The position numbers were made by a program, and so were the translations under genes. 64,000 bases of DNA from Kiritimatiellia bacterium (GTDB taxonomy: Bacteria; Verrucomicrobiota; Kiritimatiellia; RFP12; UBA1067). Location: contig JBMNFY010000010.1 of assembly GCA_050949565.1 (NCBI GenBank), forward strand, positions 352,611 through 416,610. The letters run 5' to 3'. A model generated the notes under the pieces. That model was not told the origin of the DNA. It worked only from the letters and a program-made list of their open reading frames with translations, and searched no databases. Of the stretch, positions 17,279 through 26,637 are shown piece after piece (position 1 is the stretch's first letter; every line of letters starts with the position of its first letter).

Positions 17279-18505
17279 ATGGCTTCCGGTTTTTTTGATA
17301 GATTGGTCGCGCGGATCGACAAGTTGAACCCTGAGAGTCTTCAGGCGCAGATGGTGCGCCTGGTGCAGGAACGAGGGTTTCTGGAGACTATTTTCCAGAC
17401 GATCCAAGAGGGTTTGGTGGTTATCGATAACGACGGCCATCTGCTCTACGCCAACCATGCTGCTGAACGGCTCGCGGGGTTTGATTTCAAACGGACCAAG
17501 GGGCGTTCGATCATGCGTGTTTTGCGCGATTGGGACTGGGAGCACCTGTTGGAGGTGCCGGCCTCAGACAGCGGCTGGGCACGGATGGTGACGCGCGAAA
17601 TCGAAATCACCTATCCCGAACACCGTTTCATCAGTGTGTACGCAATGCCGCTGCATGAGGAAGGCCTTGTCGAAAAGGGCGTTCTGGTGATTCTGCGTGA
17701 TGTCACGCGCGACCGCAAGCAGGAAGCCTCGACGCTAGAGAGCGAGCGCTTTAACGCGGTCAAGCTGCTGGCGGCGGGTGTGGCGCACGAGATCGGCAAT
17801 CCGTTGAATGCCCTCAACATTCACCTGCAGCTTCTTGCACGCGAACTGCAGGATCTGCCGGATGACACGCGCGAGCCGCTGGCCAATCTGGTGGGTGTGG
17901 CCCGCGCCGAGGTGGAGCGGCTGGATACGATCATCCGGCAGTTTTTGCGTGCGTTGCGTCCGACGCAGCCAGTGATGCGGACAGAGCAGGTGACCGATGT
18001 GTTGCGGGAAACGTTGGCACTGCTGAAAACTGAGTTTGAGAATCGCCGCATCACGGTGTCGGTGGACATCACGGATACGATCCCGACGGTGCAGCTCGAC
18101 CGGTCGCAGATCAAGCAGGTGTTTTTCAATCTCATCAAAAACGCGCTGGAGGCGATGCCGGACGGTGGTGCGCTTCGAATCGAGGTGAGCGCGGGTGACG
18201 TGTATGTGGATATCGCCTTTGTCGATACGGGAAAGGGGATTGCGCCGGAAGAGTTGCAGCGCGTGTTTGAACCTTACCGCACATCCAAACAGACCGGCAG
18301 CGGGCTGGGTTTGATGATTGTGCAGCGGATTGTCGATGAGCATGGTGGCGAAATCGAGTTGTCGAGCAAGCAGGGCGTGGGAACCTGTTTTAAAGTGCGC
18401 CTGCCGCGTTCCGAACGGCGGGTTCGTCTGCTCACCCCTCCGGCCGCCACGAAAAAAAATAAATCGCAGACGCCGTTCGACGGCACTCCAGAAGTGGTAG
18501 AATGA
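17279..18505 (+). CDS. Cytoplasmic PAS-domain sensor histidine kinase (NtrB/AtoS-like)
   Basis: PAS (EGLVVID...YANHAAERL.G); H-box AHEIGNPL; N-box NLIKNALEAM; DTGKG, GSGLGL, HGG boxes; no transmembrane segment. Confidence 0.92.
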   Translation: MASGFFDRLVARIDKLNPESLQAQMVRLVQERGFLETIFQTIQEGLVVIDNDGHLLYANHAAERLAGFDFKRTKGRSIMRVLRDWDWEHLLEVPASDSGWARMVTREIEITYPEHRFISVYAMPLHEEGLVEKGVLVILRDVTRDRKQEASTLESERFNAVKLLAAGVAHEIGNPLNALNIHLQLLARELQDLPDDTREPLANLVGVARAEVERLDTIIRQFLRALRPTQPVMRTEQVTDVLRETLALLKTEFENRRITVSVDITDTIPTVQLDRSQIKQVFFNLIKNALEAMPDGGALRIEVSAGDVYVDIAFVDTGKGIAPEELQRVFEPYRTSKQTGSGLGLMIVQRIVDEHGGEIELSSKQGVGTCFKVRLPRSERRVRLLTPPAATKKNKSQTPFDGTPEVVE

Positions 18506-18509
18506 TGGC

Positions 18510-19916
18510 ATGAAACGAAACGGCAAACCAGTGGTCCTCGTTGTGGACGATGACAAGAATACGCGCGATGGCTTGCAGCGTGCGTTACAACGTCATTATA
18601 CAGTGTTGACGGCGGAGAGTGCCGATGCGGCGTTGTCGTTGATGGGCAGCGGACAGCAGGTGGACTTGCTGCTTTCTGACCTGCGCATGCCGGGTACGGA
18701 TGGTCTGGGATTGTTACGGCGTGTGATGGCGCAGTATCCCCGTACGGTCTGCATCTTGTTGACCGCCTATGGTTCGGTTGAGACGGCCGTTGACGCGATG
18801 AAGCAGGGTGCCTACGACTTTTTGACCAAGCCTGTCAACCTCGACCATTTGGACATGCTGGTGGCGCGCGCACTCAAATCGCGTGATCTTGAACACCGCG
18901 TCGAAACCCTTGAGAGCCAGCTCAACGAAAAATACGGCATGGAAAACATCGTGGGCGAGTCGGACGCGATGAAACAGGTGTTCGATATCATCCGTCAGGC
19001 GGCACCGACCCAGGCGTCGGTTCTGATCCAGGGGCCGAGCGGGACGGGCAAGGAACTGGTGGCGCAGGCGATCCACCGTCTCAGTACGCGCGCCAAAGGG
19101 CCGTTCGTGGCGGTGCACTGCGCGGCACTCTCCGCGACGCTGCTCGAGAGCGAGTTGTTCGGCCATGAGAAGGGGGCTTTTACCGGCGCCACCGTGCAAC
19201 GCAAGGGGCGCTTTGAACTGGCGGATGGCGGCACGCTTTTTCTTGATGAGATTTCTGAAATCGATCCCTCCATTCAGGTTAAGCTCCTACGCGTGCTTGA
19301 GGAGCGCACGTTTGAGCGAGTGGGTAGCGAAGAGACGATCGAGGTCGATATCCGCGTGATCGCGGCGACCAACCGCAATCTGCGTGATGCCGTGCTTCAG
19401 GGCAAGTTCCGCGAAGACCTCTACTTCCGGTTGAATGTCGTGGACATCACGCTGCCGCCGTTGTCGGAGCGCGCCGGTGACATCCCGTTGTTGGCCAGCC
19501 GTTTCTTGAAAGAGTATAGCGAGAAGAACGGCAGACAGATCGAAGGGATGACGCCGGATGCCCTGAATATCCTTGAGGCCTACGCTTGGCCGGGCAATGT
19601 GCGTGAACTGCGCAATACGATCGAGAAGATGGTGGTGCTGTCGCGTTCGGAGCGGCTTACGGCACGTGATGTTCCAGCGAATATCCGCGATGCCGTTAAG
19701 AGCGGTGGCGGAGTGACGCTTCGGACGCCGGTGTTGGCGTCGGGATCGCTGGCCGAGACTGAGCGCCGCAAAATCATGGCGGTACTGGAGAAGAACGGCG
19801 GCAATCGCACACGGGCGGCGGAGGAGTTGGGCATCAGTCGCCGCACGTTGCACCGTAAGCTGCGTGAATACAAAGCTGCTGAAGAAGGTGAAGGAAAAGA
19901 CAAAGGAGGTCAGTGA
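18510..19916 (+). CDS. Sigma54-dependent response regulator (NtrC family)
   Basis: Receiver VVDDD/DLRMP/TAYG/KP; Walker A GPSGTGKE; ESELFGHEKGAFTGA; LFLDEI; WPGNVREL; Fis-type HTH. Confidence 0.95.
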   Translation: MKRNGKPVVLVVDDDKNTRDGLQRALQRHYTVLTAESADAALSLMGSGQQVDLLLSDLRMPGTDGLGLLRRVMAQYPRTVCILLTAYGSVETAVDAMKQGAYDFLTKPVNLDHLDMLVARALKSRDLEHRVETLESQLNEKYGMENIVGESDAMKQVFDIIRQAAPTQASVLIQGPSGTGKELVAQAIHRLSTRAKGPFVAVHCAALSATLLESELFGHEKGAFTGATVQRKGRFELADGGTLFLDEISEIDPSIQVKLLRVLEERTFERVGSEETIEVDIRVIAATNRNLRDAVLQGKFREDLYFRLNVVDITLPPLSERAGDIPLLASRFLKEYSEKNGRQIEGMTPDALNILEAYAWPGNVRELRNTIEKMVVLSRSERLTARDVPANIRDAVKSGGGVTLRTPVLASGSLAETERRKIMAVLEKNGGNRTRAAEELGISRRTLHRKLREYKAAEEGEGKDKGGQ

Positions 19917-21049
19917 TGGCAAGCGTATGGCGGTGTTTGAGCATGTCGTTGCTGGTTGCGGGCGTGCTCTGGGCGCAGGGTTTGATTGTGTGCGGGAAGT
20001 GCGGACGCGAGGCGCGGGCCGGTGATGCGGTGTGCCGCCATTGCAAGGAAGCCCTGCCCAAGCCGAAGGCCGATACGCCGACCGCGGTCGAACAACCGAC
20101 CGCACAGGCTGATGACAAGGCGGAGGTGGGGCGTCTGGCAGCAGGCATTGTGGAGGCGAATGTGCGTCTGGCCCGGGAGTTAGAGGCAAAGCAGCCGGAG
20201 TTGGCACTGTGCTATTATCAGAATGCCATGGCGCTGATGCGGCTCGTGCCGGCAGGAACCTTCCCGGACACTGTGAGCGAAGCGATTCTGACGGGCAGTG
20301 CGCGTGCACTGAGCCTTGTGCAGCGGGGAACGGTGCCTTGCAAGCGGTGCAACGGTAGCGGACGTTATCAGCTCGATCTCAGCAAGGTTGATTCCAGCAA
20401 GGGGCTCAAGTCTGTTTCCGGCGTGCCCTGCCCCACGTGCAAAGGGGCTGGCACGCTCCCCGGGCTTAAGGAGGTGTCGAAGGCTAAGATGCAACTCTTG
20501 CAGGGGCGGACGGAGTTCGAGCAGCGGCAGATGGTGGCCGGCGATGTCAAGGTCGGGCGCGTCTTGGTGCCGCCCGCGCTGGACAAACTGCTTTCCAATC
20601 AGCAGCGCGCGTTGATTATGACCGGCATGCCGATGCCTTGCCGCGAATGTCAGCAAACGGCACGCCAAGCGTGTACGGCTTGCCGTGGAAGCGGTTGGAA
20701 ACCGTGTGATTTTGAGGGGTGTACGCAAGGTGTGCTCAAGGAGACGCGCCGAACCGGCGCGCGAAAAGAGAGACGGCTGAATGAAGAGGCGGTCAAAAAG
20801 TGTCCGCGTTGCGACGGGTTGGGAGAGATTCCGTGCCCGGTCTGCAAAGGTAGCGGAAGTGTGGCCTGTTCGAAGTGTGACGGTAGCGGTTTGGCACCGC
20901 GTTGCACGCGGTGTACGGGGACCGGCCTGATGCCGTGTAGAAGATGCAGGGGAACGGGCGACGTGAAAGGTGCGCCGTGTCCAGAATGTAAAGGAGAAAC
21001 CCAGGTGCTGTGTCCAGCATGCCGGGGGGAAGGAGCACAATCCCGATGA
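19913..21049 (+). CDS. Exported cysteine-rich protein with about 14 Cys pairs (DnaJ-type CxxCxGxG zinc-finger repeats), no J domain
   Basis: Signal-like N-terminus; CGKC/CRHC ribbon; CKRCNGSG, CPTCKGAG, CTACRGSG, CPRCDGLG, CPVCKGSG, CSKCDGSG, CTRCTGTG, CRRCRGTG, CPACRGEG and others. Confidence 0.8.
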   Translation: MMASVWRCLSMSLLVAGVLWAQGLIVCGKCGREARAGDAVCRHCKEALPKPKADTPTAVEQPTAQADDKAEVGRLAAGIVEANVRLARELEAKQPELALCYYQNAMALMRLVPAGTFPDTVSEAILTGSARALSLVQRGTVPCKRCNGSGRYQLDLSKVDSSKGLKSVSGVPCPTCKGAGTLPGLKEVSKAKMQLLQGRTEFEQRQMVAGDVKVGRVLVPPALDKLLSNQQRALIMTGMPMPCRECQQTARQACTACRGSGWKPCDFEGCTQGVLKETRRTGARKERRLNEEAVKKCPRCDGLGEIPCPVCKGSGSVACSKCDGSGLAPRCTRCTGTGLMPCRRCRGTGDVKGAPCPECKGETQVLCPACRGEGAQSR

Positions 21050-21945
21050 GCGAAATACCCGCATTCAAATTGCCCAATTTCGAGGTGCTGGGTCTTCTAG
21101 GACGCGGCGGTATGGCGTCGGTCTGGAAGGCACGTCAGGTCTCGCTTGACCGCTATGTGGCGGTCAAAATCCTCTCCTCGTCCTTTGCCACGGATCCCGA
21201 CGATATTCAGCGTTTCCGCGAGGAAGCGCGCGCTGCGGCGCAGTTGAAGCATCCGGGCATTGTGCAGGTCTATGACGCGAACTTTTCTGATGGCGTCTAT
21301 TACTTCGTCATGGAACTGGTGGACGGTTACACCCTTGGCGACTTGCTGCGACGGAAAGGCCAAGTCTCCGAAGAAGACTCCCTGATCGTCGCAGAAAGCG
21401 TCGCGGTGGCGATGGACTACGCCTGGACGCATTACCAGATGGTGCATTGCGACATCAAGCCCGACAACATTATGGCTGATGCAGACGGGACTGTGAAGGT
21501 CACTGATCTCGGGCTCAGCCGGTCGGTTACGCTGTTGGCCAGCGAAAGAAAGAGCCAGTCCGATGAGATCCTCGGTACTCCCGCTTATATGTCGCCCGAA
21601 CAGGTCTATGGCAGTGATAAGTTGGATTGCCGTTCGGATATCTATGAGTTGGGCGCTACGTTGTATCACATGATTACAGGACGTATGCTCTTTCAGGGCA
21701 AGAGCGATGACGAGATGTTGCGTTGCCATGTCGGCAACGAGCAGGCACCTGATCCGCGGGGCATCGCCAAGGATCTGGGAACTCCCTTCGCACTGCTGTT
21801 GGAAAAACTGACGGCCAAGGATCCTGACAACCGCCATCGCGACTGGAAACTCGTGCTCGCCGATTTGAATCGCGTGCGCGAGGGACGTCCGCCGTGGCCG
21901 GCCTTGCCGCCTGCGTTCGGAAGTTCGATCAAGCTGGATCGGTAA
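21046..21945 (+). CDS. Hanks-type Ser/Thr protein kinase (kinase domain only)
   Basis: GRGGMASV, VAVK, HPGIV, HCDIKPDN, DLG, GTPAYMSPEQ, DIYELG; ATG overlaps the upstream stop (ATGA). Confidence 0.92.
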   Translation: MSEIPAFKLPNFEVLGLLGRGGMASVWKARQVSLDRYVAVKILSSSFATDPDDIQRFREEARAAAQLKHPGIVQVYDANFSDGVYYFVMELVDGYTLGDLLRRKGQVSEEDSLIVAESVAVAMDYAWTHYQMVHCDIKPDNIMADADGTVKVTDLGLSRSVTLLASERKSQSDEILGTPAYMSPEQVYGSDKLDCRSDIYELGATLYHMITGRMLFQGKSDDEMLRCHVGNEQAPDPRGIAKDLGTPFALLLEKLTAKDPDNRHRDWKLVLADLNRVREGRPPWPALPPAFGSSIKLDR

Positions 21946-21959
21946 AGCCCGGGGTGGTT

Positions 21960-22346
21960 GTGGAATATGGTTGCATGATGCGCGGGGACGAGGTCTGGGT
22001 GCGGCGGACTGCGCGTGCCGCGACGTGGTTCACGCGGTTGCGCGGCCTGCTGGGATGTCGTGCATTGGGTCCGGACGCGGCGTTGCTGATCGAGCGTTGC
22101 CGTGCTGTGCATACCGTCGGCATGCGGTTTGCGATCGATCTAGTGTTTTTGGATCGGGCTTGGCTGGTGACACGCGTGGTCCAGAATGTGCCGCCCGGCA
22201 GATTGATGGTCGGGGGGGGATGGCACGCAGTACGCGTGCTAGAGAGCGAGGCCGGATGTCTTGATGTCGCCGCGCTGCGAATTGGCGAAACGCTGACGTG
22301 GCGGCCGGACACGGCCGCGCCGGGCATGCGAGGATCGGTGGTTTGA
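21960..22346 (+). CDS. DUF192 family protein
   Basis: A...TRLRGLLG, VHTVGMRFAIDLVFLD, VLE...G motifs; start uncertain (GTG 21960 or ATG ~21975). Confidence 0.8.
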   Translation: MEYGCMMRGDEVWVRRTARAATWFTRLRGLLGCRALGPDAALLIERCRAVHTVGMRFAIDLVFLDRAWLVTRVVQNVPPGRLMVGGGWHAVRVLESEAGCLDVAALRIGETLTWRPDTAAPGMRGSVV

Positions 22347-22381
22347 GGAGGGTGGTGGCATGACCGCAAGTGTGACGAAAG

Positions 22382-22517
22382 AATTTGGAGTGCGGCGGCA
22401 AGCGGTATTCCGCGCGACGCCGCTTTTTGAGGCAGGAGTGGGGAGTGTTTCCGCGCGTAGCGCGGAGAGAAAGCGGTGCCGCGACCCGCGCACAGCGCGG
22501 TTCTTGTCACTGCATCC
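22382..22517. repeat. REP-like TTGGAGTGCG/AAAGCGG palindromic element; homologous to copies at 39615-39740 and 57283-57436
   Basis: tttggagtgcggcggcaagc...gccgcttt and gaaagcggtgccgcgacccgcgc...cttgtcactgca. Confidence 0.8.
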
Positions 22518-22532
22518 GATTACATGACAGGC

Positions 22533-23756
22533 ATGAATCGAGTTACAGTTTTTTGTATATGTCTGGTGTTGGCGGCGTTCCAGTCGCTCCGCGGCGGGCC
22601 GGTCGGTCCTTGGGACCGCGCGGCACTCTATCAGACGCCACGACTTTTCGAGGCCACTGAGTTTGTCACCAACGAGGTGAAGACCGTCTTTTACGAAGGC
22701 GAGCCGTATCAGGGGCGCCCCACGCGCGTGTTCGCTTACTACGGGCTTCCCGCTGGGGCCTCATCCACGAACAAGGTGCCGGGCATCGTATTGATCCACG
22801 GTGGCGGCGGTTCGGCCTTTGTGCGCTGGGTCAAGCTCTGGAACAGTCGCGGCTACGCGGCGGTGTCGATGGACACCTGTGGGGCGGTCAGCGGAAACGC
22901 CTACGGCGAGGAGCAGAAGGGCCATCGGCGGCATGCTTGGGCCGGGCCGCCGGGGTGGGGGGGCTTTGACAATTACAACGATCCGATTACCGACCAATGG
23001 ACCTATCATGCGGTGGCGGCTGCCGTGCGCGGTCACTCGTTGTTGCGTGCGCTACCGGAAATCGATACGTCGCGGATCGGGGTCACCGGCATTTCGTGGG
23101 GCGGCTATCTCACCTGCATCGCGGCTGCGGTGGACGACCGGTTCGCGTTTGCCGTGCCTGTGTACGGATGCGGTTTCTTGGGGGAGAATTCCGCATGGCT
23201 TGACCGGTTCCAAGGCATGACCAAAGTGAACGCCGAAAAATGGCTGGGGTTATGGGACCCCTCGGTCTACCTGCCGCACGCCAAGATGCCGTTTCTCTGG
23301 GTGACCGGCAGCAATGATTTCGCCTATCCGATGGATTCGCTCCAGAAGAGTTACTGCGCGCTCAAGGTGCCGCATACGCTCTGCGTGCGGCTGCGTATGC
23401 CGCACGGGCACGGCGCCGCCGGCGAGAACCCTGCCGAGATCTTGGCGTTTGCCGACAGCGTGACGCGAGGCGGCCAGCCGTTGCCCGCTTTTACCCGCGC
23501 CGCGCGCGAGGGCCGGACCGTAAGGGCCGCCTTCGTCGCGAACGGCCGCACGGTCGCGAGGGCAGAACTCAATTCCACGACGCATACAGGCCGGTGGCAA
23601 GAGCGCGTCTGGCAGGCCGATCCTGTCGCTGTCAAAAGGAGTGAATCGGGTGATGGGACGTTGGAGGCTGAACTTCCCGAAGGCTCAACGGTCTGGTTTT
23701 TCAATCTTTTCACTGATGATGGTTTGTGTGTCAGCAGTCAGCACGAAGAGCGATGA
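22533..23756 (+). CDS. Secreted alpha/beta hydrolase (acetyl xylan esterase/peptidase S9-like)
   Basis: Signal peptide; LIHGGGG oxyanion motif; GISWGG nucleophile; GSND acid; HGH. Confidence 0.85.
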   Translation: MNRVTVFCICLVLAAFQSLRGGPVGPWDRAALYQTPRLFEATEFVTNEVKTVFYEGEPYQGRPTRVFAYYGLPAGASSTNKVPGIVLIHGGGGSAFVRWVKLWNSRGYAAVSMDTCGAVSGNAYGEEQKGHRRHAWAGPPGWGGFDNYNDPITDQWTYHAVAAAVRGHSLLRALPEIDTSRIGVTGISWGGYLTCIAAAVDDRFAFAVPVYGCGFLGENSAWLDRFQGMTKVNAEKWLGLWDPSVYLPHAKMPFLWVTGSNDFAYPMDSLQKSYCALKVPHTLCVRLRMPHGHGAAGENPAEILAFADSVTRGGQPLPAFTRAAREGRTVRAAFVANGRTVARAELNSTTHTGRWQERVWQADPVAVKRSESGDGTLEAELPEGSTVWFFNLFTDDGLCVSSQHEER

Positions 23757-24508
23757 TGGAAGACGTTTTGCAAAACATCCGCGTGGTGCTGGTGGGAACC
23801 CTTTACCACGGCAATGTCGGTTCGGTGTGCCGCGCGATGGCCAACATGGGGTTGCGCGAATTGGTGCTGGCTAGACCGCGGCTTTGCGATGATCCTAGCG
23901 ATGCGTCGCGGATGGCTGTGCATGCGGCCGACATTTTGAACGCGCGGCGCGAGGTCGCCACGCTGGCCGAGGCGGTGGCGGACTGCGCCTTTGTGGCGGG
24001 GACCACCGCGCGCGGCGGGCTTTACCGGCAGCATGTGAAGACTCCGCGCGAGTTGGCGCCGGAACTGTTGCGCCTGGCGGCGAACGGGATGGTGGCTTTG
24101 GTTTTCGGGTGTGAGGATAAAGGACTATCCAATGAGGAGATCGGGCTTTGTACCCATCTCATTCGCATTCCCGTGCATCCCGATTACACTTCACTGAATC
24201 TGGCGCAGGCGGTCTTGCTCTGTAGCTACGAGTTATACGGCGCGGTGGGTTCCTATGAGCCGCCAGTGGAAAAATCCGCGCCCGCCTCCGCCGCGCGCAA
24301 GCTCAAGTTGGCGGAGATGTGGCGCAAGATGCTGCTGCAGATCGGGTTCATGAAGGAAGATAAAGCCGATCACATGATGCAGGGCGTGCAGCGGATTTTT
24401 TCACGTGGCGTGTACTCGGATGATGACGTCGCGATTATGATGGGCGTAGCGCGACAAGCCGACTGGGCGGCACGGAGAGAGAAGCAGGAAGTAATAGGTA
24501 AGAGGTAA
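23753..24508 (+). CDS. trmJ: SPOUT tRNA/rRNA methyltransferase, TrmJ/LasT family
   Basis: IRVVLV...GNVGSVCRAMANMG, GTTAR, LVFG.E..GLSNEE, SLNLAQAV. Confidence 0.85.
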   Translation: MMEDVLQNIRVVLVGTLYHGNVGSVCRAMANMGLRELVLARPRLCDDPSDASRMAVHAADILNARREVATLAEAVADCAFVAGTTARGGLYRQHVKTPRELAPELLRLAANGMVALVFGCEDKGLSNEEIGLCTHLIRIPVHPDYTSLNLAQAVLLCSYELYGAVGSYEPPVEKSAPASAARKLKLAEMWRKMLLQIGFMKEDKADHMMQGVQRIFSRGVYSDDDVAIMMGVARQADWAARREKQEVIGKR

Positions 24509-24552
24509 TAAGTCAATCTCGTCAGTCCCGTCAGTCCCGTCAATCTCGTCCA
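24488..24552. repeat. GTAATAG-type heptamers and 9-mer repeats at the convergent trmJ/ruvA junction
   Basis: gaagtaataggtaagaggtaataa; gtcaatctc gtcagtccc gtcagtccc gtcaatctc. Confidence 0.7.
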
Positions 24553-24581
24553 AAAACAAGCCCCGCCAGCCACCCGCTCAC

Positions 24582-25175
24582 TTACCTGCTCAAAGCCTTA
24601 CGCAGAAGGGCTTCGGTGTCGGTTATGGCGGGGTCGGCATCGAGCGCGGCCTGCACCATCTTGCGCGCTTGGTCTTGCGGGAAGCCCAGTTGGCCGAGAG
24701 CCAGAATGGCGTCGCGCAACATGGCGTTGCGGGCATCGCCACCGCCTGCTGTGCGCCCGGCAAGCGCCTCCAGCGGATCCACTTTGTCGCGAAGCTCCAC
24801 GATGATGCGTTCGGCGGTCTTTTTGCCGATACCATGTACGGAGCTGATGCGCTTGACGTTGCTTTCGGCAATCGCGGCGACCAGTTCGGCCACGGTCAAA
24901 CCACTCAACACGCTAAGGGCTAGCTTGGGCCCGACTCCGTTGACGTTGATCAACCTTTCGAACATCTGCTTTTCTTCAGTCTGAGCAAAGCCGAACAGCA
25001 CTTGCGTGTCCTGGCGGACATGATAATAGGTCAGCAGACGGCACTTACTCCCCGTGGCCGGCAGACGGTCATAAGTGCTCAGTGAGATGAAGAGTTCATA
25101 GCCGACGCCCTGCACGTCGAGTACGACGGTGGAGGGCGTCTTTTCAGCCAGCGTGCCATGCAGGAATGCGATCAT
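24582..25175 (-). CDS. ruvA: Holliday junction branch migration protein RuvA
   Basis: MIAFLHG, GVGYE, LFGF, NGVGPKLAL, GIGKKTAERI..EL, AL..LGF. Confidence 0.96.
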   Translation of the reverse strand: MIAFLHGTLAEKTPSTVVLDVQGVGYELFISLSTYDRLPATGSKCRLLTYYHVRQDTQVLFGFAQTEEKQMFERLINVNGVGPKLALSVLSGLTVAELVAAIAESNVKRISSVHGIGKKTAERIIVELRDKVDPLEALAGRTAGGGDARNAMLRDAILALGQLGFPQDQARKMVQAALDADPAITDTEALLRKALSR

Positions 25176-25190
25176 GGGGCACCCGGCACC

Positions 25191-26471
25191 TCAGGCATCT
25201 TCTTCCAGACGCGGGGCGTGGGTCAACACGTACTGTTCGGCTTCAGTGCACCACAGTCCGTTGTTGCGTCCGCAAATCTCGGCCAGTGCCGCAAAGTACG
25301 GGTCCTTCTCGCCGAGTTTTGCGAAGTCCTCAATCGCCGTCATGGGCATAGAAACGTGAGTGTAGAGCAGTTTCTTGCTGCCGGCAATTTCCGGCAGATT
25401 CTTGGTGGTCTCGGCCGCGGAATCGATGCCGCCCACATGGGTGACCATGACGGATGGCGTGACCAAGCCCTGCGCCGCGTAGTTCATGGAGTCTTGCAGG
25501 TCTTTGGTGTTGCCACCCGAAGAACCCACGACATGGTGCCCCATGTAATGCACGTCGTAGAAGTTGATGGCAGCCATGAAATCCGTACGAGCCGGACCTG
25601 CGAAAAAGTTCAGGCATCCCAGATACCCGAGTAGTGCTGAGCCCTGTTCAATCAGGGCGGGTACAGGCGCGAAGACCATCACGTCGTTGAAGCCCTTGTT
25701 TTCATTCAATGACTTGAGATACGCGACTGGATCGTCCAGCCCCGCCGTGTTCACATAGTGCAGGTCAACGCCACAGGTCTTGGCGTGTTCGACTGGGAAG
25801 AGCTGCGCCGCGCGGTCGAGCCGCGCCTGGTCGATGTCCGTGATCACGAGCCGTCCAGGACGATGCTCGGGACCGTGTAACGCGAGGTCGATCGCGCTCA
25901 GTCCCATCGGGCCGGCACCCGCGAGGATGATCATTGAGCCGCCTTGCTTGATGCCCATCTGGTGGTCATATTCGCCCGGCCTGAAGTGATAGCTGCAGCG
26001 GAAGGCCCCGACGATGCAGGAGACCGGCTCGGCAAGCGACGACTTGTAGTAGGCGTCACCGTCATAGGTCAGCAGGCAGTCGAGCTCCATCACTTCCTTG
26101 GGGATGACGATGCGCGTGGCATTGCCGCCGATCCAACGGAACGAGTAGCCCGGTGCCCAGTGCTCGCGTCCGGGGATGTTGAGTTGCGGCTGGATCCCGT
26201 ATTTTTGGCCGGCGCGGAATTTATGTTGCCAGTTCTTGCCGACCTTCAAGATGTTGCCGCAAAATTCGTGTCCCATGATGATGGGTTTTTCTGCAATGTC
26301 TTTAGGAACGCGTTTGTGTCTGGCACCTTGGATCGTCGCCTTGTAATCGGACATACAGATGCTGTTCGTAATGATGTCCGCCAAGATTTCATCATCGGTG
26401 ATTTCCGGCAGGTCAAACCGTTCGAGCCGCAGATCGTTTTCGCCATAAAGTCGCAGTGCCAAAGATTGCAT
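25191..26471 (-). CDS. Zinc-binding dehydrogenase, L-sorbose-1-phosphate reductase-like
   Basis: LRLYG..DLRLE.F.LP, SICMSDYK, GHEF, LAEPVSC, GAGPMGL, NFYDVHY, VTHVGG. Confidence 0.85.
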   Translation of the reverse strand: MQSLALRLYGENDLRLERFDLPEITDDEILADIITNSICMSDYKATIQGARHKRVPKDIAEKPIIMGHEFCGNILKVGKNWQHKFRAGQKYGIQPQLNIPGREHWAPGYSFRWIGGNATRIVIPKEVMELDCLLTYDGDAYYKSSLAEPVSCIVGAFRCSYHFRPGEYDHQMGIKQGGSMIILAGAGPMGLSAIDLALHGPEHRPGRLVITDIDQARLDRAAQLFPVEHAKTCGVDLHYVNTAGLDDPVAYLKSLNENKGFNDVMVFAPVPALIEQGSALLGYLGCLNFFAGPARTDFMAAINFYDVHYMGHHVVGSSGGNTKDLQDSMNYAAQGLVTPSVMVTHVGGIDSAAETTKNLPEIAGSKKLLYTHVSMPMTAIEDFAKLGEKDPYFAALAEICGRNNGLWCTEAEQYVLTHAPRLEEDA

Positions 26472-26637
26472 CAGGGTATCCTCGCATGAGAGTTTTCGAC
26501 AATTTTTAATGGTTAAAACTTTAGCGTTTCCAGTGGCGGAGTGACAAGGCAAAAGTGGAAGTGGAGAACGGCTTAACGCCGAAGTGGAACCATGAAGCCT
26601 GGAGTGCCGAGGGCCACGTCAAGTTTTGCGGCCTGCG

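Noticed and set aside
19913-21049. Multiheme cytochrome c or DnaJ chaperone
   Set aside because: No CxxCH motifs and no HPD-containing J domain
24582-25175. ruvA without ruvB/ruvC as an anomaly
   Set aside because: Split ruv genes are common; the partners may lie elsewhere in the genome
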